A DNA stretch of 64,000 nucleotides from Macrostomum lignano (Eukaryota), in NCBI GenBank assembly GCA_002269645.1, contig NIVC01000962.1, positions 124,001 to 188,000 on the forward strand. Direction: 5' to 3'. Position 1 is the first letter of the stretch. Each line of letters starts with the position of its first letter. Under the pieces are notes generated by a model. The model had not been told where the DNA came from and did not search any database. It worked only from the letters and a program-made list of their open reading frames with translations. Both the position numbers and the translations under genes were made by a program. This document shows, piece by piece, positions 1 through 17,712 of the stretch.

Positions 1-188
1 TTTCCCAAGGAGCCGCGGCTTTCCCCTGCTTGCCCCCAAGTTTTTTCTGTTTATTTTCAATTTACATTGGCAGCAAACAAAGAATTCGGCAACAGCCTCC
101 CGGAGACTCCAGCTTCGCCCACTTGATGTTGATGCCCGGAAGCTAAAAAAGCTTTTTGGGTTTTAATTGATTTTCTTTCTTCAATTAG

Positions 189-257
189 GGCGCACAATTG
201 TGCAACAGCCGGCTCGAAGAGTCTTGGGCAGAACTTGCTGGCGTGAATTGCTATGGG
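189..257 (+). CDS. Putative internal coding exon of an unidentified gene (GAQLCNSRLEESWAELAGVNCYG)
   Basis: Pyrimidine tract plus AG acceptor (ttttctttcttcaattag, AG 187-188), 69-nt open frame, GTAATT donor at 258. Phase 0 matches the exon at 7161. Confidence 0.4.
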
Positions 258-329
258 GTAATTGGATGGATAAAGCAAACAGGCTGAGAAGCTGTCGCTG
301 AGCACATTTGTGAGGCTAATGGAGTCCTG

Positions 330-655
330 TCTCTCATCCCTCTCATTCTTACCCTTTTTCTCATCAATTCTCATCCTCTTTTTCACGCATTGTCATCCTC
401 TGTTTCATTCATTCTCATCCTCTTTCTCATCCATTCTCACCCTCTGTCTTATCCATTCTCACCTGCTTTCTCATCCGTTCTCACCGTCTTTCTCATTGAT
501 TCTCATCGTCTGTCTCATCCATTGTCACCCTCTGTCTCATCCATTCTCATCCTCTGTCTCATCCTTTCTCATCCTCTGGCTCATCCATTCTCACCTTTCC
601 TATCCATTCTCACCTTCTTTCTCATCCATTCTCACTCTCTTTCTCATTCGGTCTA
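330..655. repeat. Degenerate CT-rich tandem repeat (CATTCTCATCC-like)
   Basis: Recurrent cattctcatcc/tctcatc units; produces low-complexity ORFs 310..666 and 390..656. Confidence 0.75.
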
Positions 656-1002
656 GCTTTTGCTAGACCGAATCGCAATTTCATTTCAACTTATCGAACA
701 AAGACCGATTAGAAAGGGCAGCCCGGATGAGGCGGGCAGTCAGTGGGAGGAGTTTTGGTATAAAAAATATTCCCAACTAGTCATTTAGGGCCCTCATCCC
801 CCAGTCACGCCTGGGGGCTCGGGGGCCGCCCCAAAGCCAAGGGGACCAGAGTCTGGGGTGCCAACTCTTTTTCCGGAAACCCCATTGTTAACCTTAAACC
901 GTTTTTTAGACTTGCTTTCATTTAAAAAATCACTGAATTCCTATCTGTTCGGAGCTCTTTGTAAACAGCATTTCTTAAAACTTTTTTTTTCATCTAGATG
1001 TT

Positions 1003-1388
1003 TGGGTTTAGGTTTTGGTTAGGGTTTATATACTTGGGTTTAGGTTGGGGTTTAGGTTAGGGTTTAGGTTGGGGTTTAGGTTAGGGTTTAAGCTTGGGTT
1101 TAGGTTAGGGTTTAGGTTGGGGTTTAGGTTAGGGTTTAAGCTTGAGTTTAGGTCAGGGTTTAGACTTGAGTTTAGGTTAGGGTTTAGGTTGAGGTTTAGG
1201 CTTGGTTTTAGATTAGGGTTTAGGCTTGGGTTTAGATTGGGGTTTAGGTTAGGGTTTAGGTTAGGATTTTGGTTTGGGTTTAATTTAGGGTTTAGGTTAG
1301 GGTTTAGGTTAGGGTTTAGGTTAGGGTTAGGGTTTAGGTTAGGGTTGGGGTTTAGGTTAGGGTTAGGGTTTAGGTTAGGGTTTAGGTT
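1003..1388 (+). repeat. Interstitial telomere-like array, 12-bp unit TTAGGG-TTTAGG (5' flank of LINE)
   Basis: Direct reading: (ttagggtttagg)n with variants. The RLGF/NLNP ORFs are its translation. Confidence 0.95.
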
Positions 1389-1592
1389 GGGGGGCAAACG
1401 GCAACTTAAACCGAGGGACTCTGTGACATCCGCCAGCTTTTCGTTTTTCGAGGAGGCTCTTCCCCCTCCTTTTCGTTCTGGCCTGGCGTGGAAGCGGCTA
1501 GCTTCCTCGTCTTGGTCTGCTGGTGGGGGACGGATCCCCCCTGCTGCTTTTTTGCGGGGCAGGTGGCTGCTAAGTAGTTGGCTGCTGGCTAA

Positions 1593-6670
<5,078 letters not shown>

Positions 6671-6764
6671 TCCTTGTGCTCTTTTACCTTGGGGTTGCGA
6701 TAGGGGCCTCGCGGCCTATTCGCGGCGCCTGCGCCCCCCGTCAGTAGTAAGTAAGTAAGTAAGT

Positions 6765-7089
6765 AGGGTTTAGGTTTGGGTTTAGGTTGGGGTTTAGGTT
6801 AGGGTTTAGGTTAGGGTTTAGGTTAGGGTTTAGACTTGTTTTTAGGTTGGGGTTTAGGTTAGGGTTTAGGTTGGGGTTTAGGTTAGGGTTTAGGTTAGGG
6901 TTTAGGTTAGGATTTTGGTTTGGGTTTAATTTAGGGTTTAGGTTAGGGTTTAGGTTAGGGTTTAGGTTAGGGTTTAGGTTAGGGTTAGGGTTTAGGTTAG
7001 GGTTTAGGTTTGGGTTTAGGTTCGGGTTTAGGTTGGGGTTTAGGCTTGGGTTTAGGTTCGAGTTAGGTTTAGGTTCGGGTTTAGGTTAG
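6765..7089 (+). repeat. Telomere-like 12-bp array (3' flank of LINE)
   Basis: (ttagggtttagg)n resumes immediately after the TAAG tail. Confidence 0.95.
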
Positions 7090-7160
7090 ATTATAAATAA
7101 AAATTATAAAAATAAAAATATAAAAATATAAAAAATAACAATAACAATAAAAATTCGCAG

Positions 7161-7978
7161 GAGGGGCTGCAGGCAACCTGGCGCAACGTCTTTGGCGACA
7201 TCATCCTACAGCCAGCGCTGAGGCAATCACGCACTCACACACACGCTCCCATAGGGTGTACAGCGGCCCAGACTTTCTAATCGTCAGACATGTACAGTCT
7301 ATGTGCCTTGGGGGTTGGGCCTCATGGGTGCGAATCACGCGAACCCCCCCTCCCCGACCAGTTTATTCTGATGAACTGACTTTTATATTTTATTATTATA
7401 CTATAGTATATAGTATACTATTATAGTATATTATATCAGTATACTAAATACTATATCCTATTATACTATACTATATATATAGTGTAATGTATATATATTG
7501 TATATATATATTATAAAGTATAATATATTACTATATAGTATTATAGTAATATTACTATAGGCACTCAGGCACTCAGTAATATTATATTAATATTACTATA
7601 TATTATAGTATTACGATAATTACTATTATAGTAATATTTTAGTAATTACTATAATATTACTATATCCTATATATAATATATCGTATATAGTATAGTATAC
7701 ATGGTATATTATTATACTACAGTACTATTATTATTCTGACTTTTGACCGAATATGGAGAATTTATTCAACCCGAAAATGAAACTTAACTCTGCAAGGATT
7801 GTTCTTAACCTGGCTGGCCTTCAAACTGCAAATGTGCTTCCATGTAAGCCGTTTTTATAATAACCCAATAATTCTATGGGAGTCCAACCTGATTTGATTT
7901 TTTTATTTCGATAAATTTTTTTGGCCAGTGGGAGCCCGCATGCTGAAGTTCTCTGCATGCCATTGTCTGTCTGATTGA
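7161..7978 (+). CDS. Putative last coding exons of the same unidentified gene: 7161-7222, 7797-7843, 7929-7978 (EGLQATWRNVFGDIILQPALR-IVLNLAGLQTANVLP-LGARMLKFSACHCLSD*)
   Basis: Acceptors ttcgcag (7160), tgcaag (7796), ttggccag (7928). Donors AG|gcaatc (GC, 7223) and |gtaagc (7844). All phases join in one frame to TGA 7976-7978. No family recognised. Confidence 0.4.
7380..7735. repeat. AT-rich low-complexity (TATA/TAG/TAC) tract
   Basis: Direct reading. Confidence 0.8.
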
Positions 7979-8084
7979 TGCGCTGAGATTGAGGAAAAGC
8001 TTTGCTTTTTTAGACAAATAACTCACAAAGAATACTGGGATGAAATTTAACATTGTTAGATCCCACATCCTCTCTTTCAGGCAC

Positions 8085-8720
8085 TCATTCGAAATTTCAA
8101 TACTACACTCTCAGATTCCGTATCCCACACTCCCAGATCCCCTATCCCATACTCCCAGATCCCCTATCCCATACTCTCAGATCCCCTATCCCATACTCTC
8201 AGATCCCCCGCTCCCATACTCTCAGATCCCCCTATCCCATACTCTCAGGTCCCCTATCCTATACTCTCAGATCCCCTATCCCACACTCTCAGATCCCCTA
8301 TCCCACACTCTCAGATCCCCTATCCCACACTCTCAGATCCCCCTATCCTATACTCTCAGATCCCCCGCTCCCATACTCTCAGATCCCCCTATCCTATACT
8401 CTCAGATCCCCCTATCCCTTACTCTCAGATCCCCCTATCCCATACTCTCAGATCCCCCTATCCCTTACTCTCAGATCCCCCTATCCCATACTCTCAGGTC
8501 CCTCTATCCCAAACTTTCAGGTCACCTATCCCACACTCTCAGATCCCCCTATCCTATACTCTCAGATCCCCTATCCCACACTCTCCGATCCCATATCTCA
8601 CATTCTCAGCTCCCAGATCCCACACTCAGATCCCACATCCCACACTCTCACGTCCCCTATCCCACACTCTCAGATCCTCTATCCCACACTCCCATATCCC
8701 AGATTCCTACACCACACTAT
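8085..8720. repeat. Minisatellite, ~21-22-bp unit CTCTCAGATCCCC(C)TATCCCA(T/C)A
   Basis: Tandem copies with variants. Confidence 0.9.
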
Positions 8721-9135
8721 TTTACATCCCATCTGCTGTGATTGCTTTTAAATCCTATTTTTAAAAGTAACAAAATTATGTAAGCGTGGGTAAACTGTTT
8801 TTCAAGTATCTGTCAAAAATATTTTTTTAAAGTCAAGAATTTTTTGTTTCTACAATTTCTACAATGAAGCAAAATGAACAGCACTGACCATTTATATTTA
8901 GAAAATATCGTATAAGCAAACCCAGGAACTCGAATTAAAAATAAAGTTTATACTCACTGCTACTATCAGTAGGCAAGATGGGGCATCAGTCAAGCAGGTC
9001 TCTTTGATGCAAAATAAACGCAACTTTATTGGCTAAGAAAAAATTACAGGCAATAATAATACTGCAATATTAACAGAAGCCAGTGTCTATTGACACTGAC
9101 AATACTGTAAAATAGTCTGGGCAGAGCCTGGTCAT

Positions 9136-10451
9136 GACCCGGTCATTGAGCTACCCGGTCATTGAGCTACCCGGTCATTGAGCTTCTCGGTCATTGAGCT
9201 ACCCGGTCATTGAGCTACCCGGTCATTGAGCTACCCGGTCATTGAGCTACCCGGTCATTGAGCTACCCGGTCATTGAGCTACCCGGTCATTGAGCTACCC
9301 GGTCATTGAGCTACCCGGTCATTGAGCTACCCGGTCATTGAGCTACCCGGTCATTGAGCTACCCGGTCATTGAGCTACCCGGTCATTGAGCTACCCGGTC
9401 ATTGAGCTACCCGGTCATTGAGCTACCCGGTCATTGAGCTACCCGGTCATTGAGCTACCCGGTCATTGAGCTACCCGGTCATTGAGCTACCCGGTCATTG
9501 AGCTACCCGGTCATTGAGCTACCCGGTCATTGAGCTACCCGGTCATTGAGCTACCCGGTCATTGAGCTACCCGGTCATTGAGCTACCCGGTCATTGAGCT
9601 ACCCGGTCATTGAGCTACCCGGTCATTGAGCTACCCGGTCATTGAGCTACCCGGTCATTGAGCTACCCGGTCATTGAGCTACCCGGTCATTGAGCTACTC
9701 GGTCATTGAGCTACCCGGTCATTGAGCTACCCGGTCATTGAGCTACCCGGTCATTGAGCTACCCGGTCATTGAGCTACCCGGTCATTGAGCTACCCGGTC
9801 ATTGAGCTACTCGGTCATTGAGCTACCCGGTCATTGAGCTACCCGGTCATTGAGCTACCCGGTCATTGAGCTACCCGGTCATTGAGCTACCCGGTCATTG
9901 AGCTACCCGGTCATTGAGCTACCCGGTCATTGAGCTACCCGGTCATTGAGCTACCCGGTCATTGAGCTACCCGGTCATTGAGCTACCCGGTCATTGAGCT
10001 ACCCGGTCATTGAGCTACCCGGTCATTGAGCTACCCGGTCATTGAGCTACCCGGTCATTGAGCTACCCGGTCATTGAGCTACCCGGTCATTGAGCTACCC
10101 GGTCATTGAGCTACCCGGTCATTGAGCTACCCGGTCATTGAGCTACCCGGTCATTGAGCTACCCGGTCATTGAGCTACCCGGTCATTGAGCTACTCGGTC
10201 ATTGAGCTACCCGGTCATTGAGCTACCCGGTCATTGAGCTACCCGGTCATTGAGCTACCCGGTCATTGAGCTACCCGGTCATTGAGCTACCCGGTCATTG
10301 AGCTACCCGGTCATTGAGCTACCCGGTCATTGAGCTACCCGATCATTGAGCTACCCGGTCATTGAGCTACCCGGTCATTGAGCTACCCGGTCATTAAGCT
10401 ACCCGGTCATTAAGCTACCCGGTCATTGAGCTACCCCGTCATTAAACTACC
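9136..10451. repeat. Highly homogeneous 16-bp minisatellite GGTCATTGAGCTACCC (~82 copies)
   Basis: Near-perfect tandem copies with no spacers. Confidence 0.97.
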
Positions 10452-10799
10452 TCACTTCCGGCCGGCAGACTCCGGCCGCCTCTTGCTGTCCATCTGGGCT
10501 ATGAAGGCTTTGATCTGCTGGTGCACCGCGGCGGGCACTGACTGCACCACCGAGTCAACTTTGTCGTCAAACTGAGCTCTCTGCTCCTCCTTGTCCAGCG
10601 CCAGCAGCTCCAGCACGGCCCGGTTAACAGCGGCTGACACGCTGCCATCAGAGGCCATCGCCTCGCGCGCGAACTGCACCGCCACCTCGCCGTTGCGCCG
10701 TTCCCAGTCTCGAAGATGGCGCTCGATGCAGCGCTTGAAGTCAACGCCGCTACCGGCGCCAGTGGCGTCCGCCGCGTGGTCGCCTTTCTTTCTTGACAT
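10452..10799 (-). CDS. Coding exon of an unknown protein (MSRKKGDHAADATG...SKRRPESAGRK)
   Basis: GC-rich ORF with biased codons; acceptor ctgcag| at 10809 just upstream of the ATG (10799). It ends either at TGA 10454-10452 or, more likely, at the overlapping GTGAG donor (10455). Confidence 0.6.
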   Translation of the reverse strand: MSRKKGDHAADATGAGSGVDFKRCIERHLRDWERRNGEVAVQFAREAMASDGSVSAAVNRAVLELLALDKEEQRAQFDDKVDSVVQSVPAAVHQQIKAFIAQMDSKRRPESAGRK

Positions 10800-10969
10800 G
10801 TTTTTTGGCTGCAGATTGAACAAACTGATGAATAATGGTGACTTTTTATGACATTCTGCAAGGCAGCAGAGCCTTCGAGTTAGGTATTGAATTCTTTGTT
10901 GGAGACTTCTATGGTCAAAACCCTTCCAGACGCAAGGAAGTAAAAATAATTTTTAATTAGTACGATTAT

Positions 10970-11310
<341 letters not shown>

Positions 11311-12374
11311 GCCTCACAGTGAGACACAGTCACCCGGTCCCATTGTCACTTTATTACATGATATTCGCTCTGTCCCCACTTCATATTCCTTCTTCAAGTT
11401 GCTAACAGTAACTTGAGGAGCACAAAATTAAAGATTCGACTATTCAATATCAATTGAACCACGATTATGACGAAATCAAGCTGACGAAATGGTTAAGGAC
11501 AATCCTGTAACCCGTGGCATTGCGTAATTTTTTATCCAGCTATCACGCCTGTCCAATTCCCGACTGCCACGTTGCATTACACTTATTTCGCGTCAGCACG
11601 ACTCAGCACAACGCGTCCTTAGCGTAAGATAGAATGGATTGAGAATTGAATGGGGTGGTGGGTGGGTGGGTGGGTGGGGGGAGAGGGTCACTTCTCCAAT
11701 GTACGCGCTGAGCCTTTACCCCGTCAATGCACAAACGGACCCCGTGTCTGTACAGAGGCGTGTTCCGTTCTATTTTTAGCTCGTATAATATGCCTTCTCC
11801 CACATGAAAGGCAGTTAGAGAATTCCTGTCCTAGTCTGAAATTCAAGGGCAATAACGATTCTAGAACAATCAAGAAAATTTCGTGTGGATAGAGAATACC
11901 AGAAATTTCTGGAAATGAGTTGAAATTTACACGCGCATAATTGAATATTTTTCCTTTTGATTTTTTCTTGCTTTGACAGTCCTTCTTACGAGCTACTTTC
12001 GGGATTGATAAGCCCAGTTTCCCGAGGAATATCGCGCGAAAGCTCGAGTGAAGTCTACAAATGGGGATCAGGTTGCTTGAAGAGAGTGAGAGCTCACTTG
12101 TATATTGTACTAAGAATGCATTGCAATTAGTATCAAAATAGGATTTTGCTACAGCGCTTTCAGGAAAAGAACGATTGGAAAAAATGCATAGGGAGAGACA
12201 GGAAGATTCGCTATTTCGCTTGAGCCTTGTTTATTTGCCAGATTCCATAAATAAATTTCTAACTCAAAGTCGACATCAGTTTTTTGAATTGTGAATAACA
12301 TCAAAATATATTTGTGAAATCGCCTCGGACACATTGTATGACTAGCTTCCAATAAACCTTGGTGTTTGGGGGCA

Positions 12375-13040
12375 CTGCTTGTGGGGGGGCGCTTTTTAGG
12401 GGCACTGCTTGGGGGGCGCTGTTTAAGGATGGCGCTGCTTGGGGGCGCTGTTTAGGGATGGCGCTTCTTGGGGCGCTGTTTAGGGATGGCGCTTCTTGGG
12501 GCGCTGTTTAGGGATGGCGCTTCTTGGGGCGCTGTTTAGGGATGGCGCTGCTTGGGGGCCCTGTTTAGGGATGGCGCTGCTTGGGGGCGCTGTTTAGGGA
12601 TGGCGCTGCTTGGGGGCGCTGTTTAGGGATGGCGCTGCTGGGGGGCGCTGTTTAGGGATGGCGCTTCTTGGGGGCCCTGTTTAGGGATGGCGCTTCTTGG
12701 GGGCCCTGTTTAGGGATGGCGCTGCTTGGGGGCCCTGTTTAGGGATGGCGCTGCTTGTGGGGGGCGCTGTTTTTGGGGACGGCGCTGTTTAGGGATGGCG
12801 CTGCTGGGGGGGGCGCTGTTTAGGGTTGGCGCTTCTTGGGGGCGCTGTTTAGGGATGGCGCTTCTTGGGGCGCTGTTTAGGGATGGCGCTTCTTGGGGCG
12901 CTGTTTAGGGATGGCGCTTCTTGGGGCGCTGTTTAGGGATGGCGCTTCTTGGGGGCGCTGTTTAGGGATGGCGCTTCTTGGGGGCGCTGTTTAGGGATGG
13001 CGCTGCTGGGGGGGGGGCGCTGTTTTGGGATGGCGCTGTT
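12375..13040. repeat. G-rich ~28-29-bp minisatellite GGGGCGCTGTTTAGGGATGGCGCTTCTT
   Basis: Tandem copies with variable G-run length. Confidence 0.92.
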
Positions 13041-13574
13041 CCTCTGCTATGGCAATCTTGTGAGATTTTCCACGCTACGCTTGTACATCACTTGTAAATT
13101 AACATATTGGGTCACATCAGAAGTTTTTATAACAAGATTTTGTATTTTAAATTTTTGTTTAAACCTCAAACTTCTGCGAGCTTTACTTTTTTACTATTCT
13201 ATCACAACTTTAAAACTTCAGAAGATTTAAAACATTAATAATTTTGATTTCATTTTTAATCTTGGCCTAATTTAACTTTTTTTATTTCGTCTCTTCTGGT
13301 CCGCGCTGACATGAGAGATTCTGTGATTGTGGGACTTAATATAACGTGGAATGAAGCAGCATTCTACATATGAATATGATTTAATCGGTTCAAAATGAGG
13401 TCAATAAAAAGTTTCAAACTTGTTTTCTTTGAATTTGCGATAAGAATCTATTTTTAGAAACTTACGCCCCACCCCTAATGAATGAGCGCGAGAGACCGTT
13501 CGCTGTTCTAAATTTAGAATGCGGAGGGGAATCCTTCGTTCAAAGCTAAATTGAAACGTCATCTTTGCTGGGGC

Positions 13575-13647
13575 TTTCCAGAATATTCCAGCCAATAGGA
13601 GCGCACCACGAAGGGGAGCGACACGTCAACGCTACTGCCAATATAAG
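13575..13647 (+). promoter_or_regulatory. BiP core promoter: HSE, ERSE, UPRE/CRE-like site, CCAAT, TATA
   Basis: nTTCnnGAAnnTTCn 13575-13589; CCAAT-N9-CCACG 13592-13610; ACACGTCA 13621-13628; CCAAT 13638-13642; TATAAG 13642-13647. A 5' UTR intron follows (13829-13928). Confidence 0.85.
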
Positions 13648-13931
13648 CGAGCGGACTCGCGACTGCAAGTTTCTCCATCCTTTAACTCTTCCGACACTGA
13701 GACTAAGAGACACTCAAACAGACTTCTGCAAGCGTCTGCCAGTCTTCACACCCGATCGAATCGCAACCTTTTCTATTGCAATTAATTTGCTAAGCTGCTT
13801 ACAGAAATAATCAACAGGCATTGAGAAGGTAAGCGGATCAATTCTGGGATTGCTCTACTGTTAGTATTATAATGCGCATTTTTATCTATTTCGTTCTAAT
13901 TGATCTACAAACGCGAATCGAATTTCAGACG

Positions 13932-16690
13932 ATGAAAAAGTGCACAATGCTCTGCGCGGCCATCGTGGCCGCCTCTCTGCTTCTGGCCGCTTCTAGCGCG
14001 ACCGCTGAAGACCAGAAACCGAAAGAACAGAAAGAAGACGTTGGCACCGTGATTGGCATTGACCTGGGCACCACCTACTCCTGGTACGTTTCTTTCTAGT
14101 TTGAATTTTTTGTAATAGTCTTCAATAGGGCACTGGCTCCACCAACTGGAGAGCTTTGCTACTAACAAGTAGTAATAACCAGTCTAACCAATACAATTCC
14201 AGCGTCGGCGTCTACAAGAACGGTCGCGTTGAAATCATCGCCAACGATCAGGGCAACCGGATCACGCCGTCCTATGTCGCCTTCACGCCTGACGGCGAGC
14301 GCCTGATCGGCGACGCGGCGAAGAACCAGCTGACCACCAATCCGGAGAACACCGTGTTCGACGTCAAACGAATCATCGGGCGCAACTATGACGACAGCAC
14401 GGTGCAGAAGGACATCAAGCTGCTGCCTTACAGTGTGGTGAACCGGTCTAAGAAACCAGCTATTCAGGTTGGTGGAACTGCTGACTTCCTTCCGTGTGGG
14501 CTCAATCTTAGGGAGATCTAGTCTTGGATGAAAATTAGCTAAAAAGTTTTTACCTCCAGATAAAGGAAAGGAAAATAGAGAGGAGATTAGAGAGTAGAAA
14601 GCTGAGAAAAGAGACAAGCCTTGAACGGACGGGATGGCAATTTGTGAAGTTTCAAAGGATTCGAGGGCTGGAGTAATCATAACGTGTATCCGTAGCCTCA
14701 AGGAATATTACCGTTCTACTAAACCTTGGCCATTCTATCCCGGCCGTCTTTATCTTGAATCCCTCAAACTTCACAACTTCAGCTGCAAGTCGGCAACCAG
14801 ACAAAGACCTTCGCCCCCGAGGAGGTCTCCGCCATGGTCCTTAGCAAGATGAAGGACATCGCCGAGTCCTACCTGGGCAAGAAAGTCACCCACGCGGTGG
14901 TCACCGTGCCGGCTTACTTCAACGACGCCCAGCGGCAGGCCACGAAGGACGCCGGGACGATCGCGGGTCTCAACGTCATGCGGATCATCAACGAGCCGAC
15001 GGCGGCCGCCATCGCCTACGGCCTCGACAAGAAAGGCGCCGAGAAGAACATCCTGGTGTTCGATCTGGGCGGCGGCACCTTCGACGTTTCCGTTCTGACC
15101 ATCGACAACGGCGTCTTCGAGGTGCTGGCCACCAACGGCGACACACACCTGGGCGGTGAGGACTTCGACCAGCGCATCATGGAGTACTTCATCAAGCTGT
15201 ACAAGAAGAAGACCGGCAAGGACCTGCGCAAGGACCACCGGGCGGTGCAGAAGCTCCGACGCGAGGTCGAGAAGGCCAAGCGTGCCCTGTCGTCCGCTCA
15301 CTCGACTCGCCTGGAGATTGAGTCGCTCTACAATGGCGAAGACTTCTCCGAGACGCTGACTAGGGCGAGGTTCGAGGAGCTCAACATGGACCTGTTCCGC
15401 AGCACGCTGAAGCCCGTCCAGAAGGTGCTGGAGGACGCCGACCTGAAGAAGGAGGATATCGCCGAGATCGTGCTGGTGGGTGGCTCCACCCGCATCCCGA
15501 AAGTTCAGCAGCTGGTCAAGGAGTTCTTTGGTGGCAAGGAGCTGAACAGGGGCATCAACCCGGATGAGGCCGTCGCCTACGGCGCTGCCGTGCAGGCCGG
15601 CGTGCTCAGCGGCGAGTTCGACGCCAAAGACACCGTGCTCATCGATGTTGCCCCACTGTCGCTCGGCATCGAGACAGTTGGCGGAGTGATGACAAAGCTG
15701 ATCAACAGGAACACGGCGATCCCCACCAAGCGGTCGCAGGTGTTCTCAACCGCTGCGGACAATCAGCCGACGGTGACAATCCAGGTGTACGAAGGCGAGC
15801 GGCCCATGACCAAGGACAACCATTTCTTGGGCAAGTTCGACCTCACCGGCATTCCAAATGCGCCGCGAGGCGTGCCGCAGATTGAAGTCTCCTTCGAGAT
15901 CGACGCCAACGGAATTTTGCAGGTGAGTCTGAGGCTAATTTCTAATAAAAAACATCTTAAAGATTGAAGACTGAAACGTCTGGGGTTCGATTCTTGACTC
16001 ACTCGAAACAATTTGTGTCCTTGAGAAAGACACTTTCACAGCTGTAAAATGGGTGCATTAGCTTGGGTTATCGAGGGTGTGGCGACCCCAGTCCTTGGAC
16101 TGAACAGCCGTACGTAGCCTTCAGATGCGCCGAGTCATAGCTGCGGCTGAGCTGTCGGTTGCACATCTGGGCATTAGGGCAGGTGTAGTCAAACATTTGT
16201 TTATTATTAGATGTAGTGCATCAAATCTCATCAATTAAGACCAGTCCTAGGCTGAGAGTGCCCATACCCCGTCACTCCACCGCTCTCTCTCTCTCTCAAA
16301 CAACTCCAGGTGTCCGCCGAGGACAAAGGAGCCGGCAGCAAGAACAAGATCGTCATCAACAAAGACCAAAATCGGCTCAACCAGGACGAGATCGAGAAGA
16401 TGATCAAAGACGCGGACACCTACGCTGAGCAGGACAAGCTGGTGAAGGAGCGAGTCGAGGCCAAGAACGAGCTCGAGTCGTACGCCTACTCGATGAAGAC
16501 TCAGATGGCGGACAAGGAGAAGCTGGGCGGCAAGCTGACAGCGGATGACAAGTCGAAGATGGAGACGGCGGTTCAGTCCGCCATCGACTGGCTGGACAAG
16601 AACCAGCAGGCCGACACGGAGGCTCTGAAGGCTAAGAAGAAGGAGCTGGAGGAGGTGGTGCAGCCCATTGTCAGTAAACTGTACCAGAAT

Positions 16691-16724
<34 letters not shown>

Positions 16725-16759
16725 CAGGCGGTGAGAAAGACAATAAAGACGAACTTTGA
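13932..16759 (+). CDS. HSPA5: ER HSP70 chaperone BiP/GRP78, 668 aa; exons 13932-14083, 14203-14467, 14783-15922, 16310-16759
   Basis: Signal peptide, [59 protein letters not shown]-terminal KDEL. GT-AG introns are in phase and total 2007 nt. AATAAA at 17051. Confidence 0.97.
15965..16190 (+). mobile_element. SINE-like fragment in BiP intron 4
   Basis: B-box-like GGTTCGATTC (15984-15993) followed by TGTGTCCTTGAGAAAGACACTTT (16014-16036), resembling the V/Meta/CORE-type SINE central domain. Confidence 0.4.
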
Positions 16760-17153
16760 GAACATTTTAGCAGCAATTTTTCTAGGCACAAATTCCAGCT
16801 TTTTCAGTAATAGTCCAACTTGATGATTGCTTTTTCTACTGTTTGTCTTGCAACTCTTCTGCGCTGACTCATACTGTTGCATGTTGTTTTCATTGCACTG
16901 TTTTCATCATGGTGAGAGCCACTCTGGCAGTATTTAATTTTATCCAGACTTAAGTAAAATGTAAAAATCATATTTTTTATACTTTCTCCGTGTGTCGCAT
17001 CTCAGTTGTTTGTCAGTTGTAAAAATTGTTTGAAAATATGGTTTTACTGAAATAAATAATTCAACTCTGAAGCTATTCATACTACTTACAAGTAATGTTG
17101 TTTACTTGTAATGACTATCGAATTTTGAAGATATGGAATGAGCTGATATGGAA

Positions 17154-17325
17154 GGGGGCCATACCCCAGTGGTCAAGCGCGGCGCTCTGATGTGCCAGCG
17201 GCCCAGGCTCGATTCCCAAGTGCAGTCACATTAATTTGGGCCTAAATTAGAATCTCGGCTTGGCTCTGCTCGTGAAATTAACGCCCTTGAGGGCCAACCC
17301 CTAACGTGCCCAACGATAAATAAAG
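17154..17325 (+). mobile_element. tRNA-derived SINE-like element or degenerate tRNA
   Basis: A-box-like TACCCCAGTGGT (~17162), B-box-like GGCTCGATTCC (17206-17216), ~100-nt body, ATAAATAAA tail. The cloverleaf does not close cleanly. Confidence 0.4.
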
Positions 17326-17509
17326 TTAGGGCCGCTGTACACTCCTGTGTGAGTGTGTGCCTGTGCTTATGACTGCGTACGCATCCGCGCGCTTGTGTGC
17401 CTGCTCAGGGGAGTCGGCGGAATGGGCAGTAAAATGCCTCTCGTTGGTTTTGTGGCAATGTCGCTGAGAGGGTGCAAACAACCCCTGCCTCTGCATCTCA
17501 TAAAAATAT

Positions 17510-17712
17510 GAGATGAGATGGGATGGGATGGGATGGGATGGGATTGGATGGGATGGGATGGGATGGGATGGGATGGGATGGGATGGGATGGGATGGGATG
17601 GGATGGGATGGGATGGGATGGGATGGGATGGGATGGGATGGGATGGGATGGGATGGGATGGGATGGGATGGGATGCGATGGGATGGGATGGGATGGGATG
17701 AGATAAGATGAG
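17510..17712. repeat. (GATGG)n pentanucleotide array
   Basis: Direct reading. Confidence 0.97.

Noticed and set aside
1003-1388. True chromosome telomere
   Set aside because: The array is interstitial, short, degenerate (12-bp TTAGGG-TTTAGG unit) and flanked by unique sequence on both sides.
9136-10451. CRISPR-like array
   Set aside because: Direct tandem units with no unique spacers, and a eukaryotic context without cas genes.
11400-12350. Possible transposon or coding remnants between the arrays
   Set aside because: Short broken frames with no recognisable motif or termini.
14162-16882. Long antisense ORFs over BiP (14162..14701, 14771..15301, 16247..16882)
   Set aside because: Shadow frames of GC3-rich HSP70 codons, a known HSP70 artefact.
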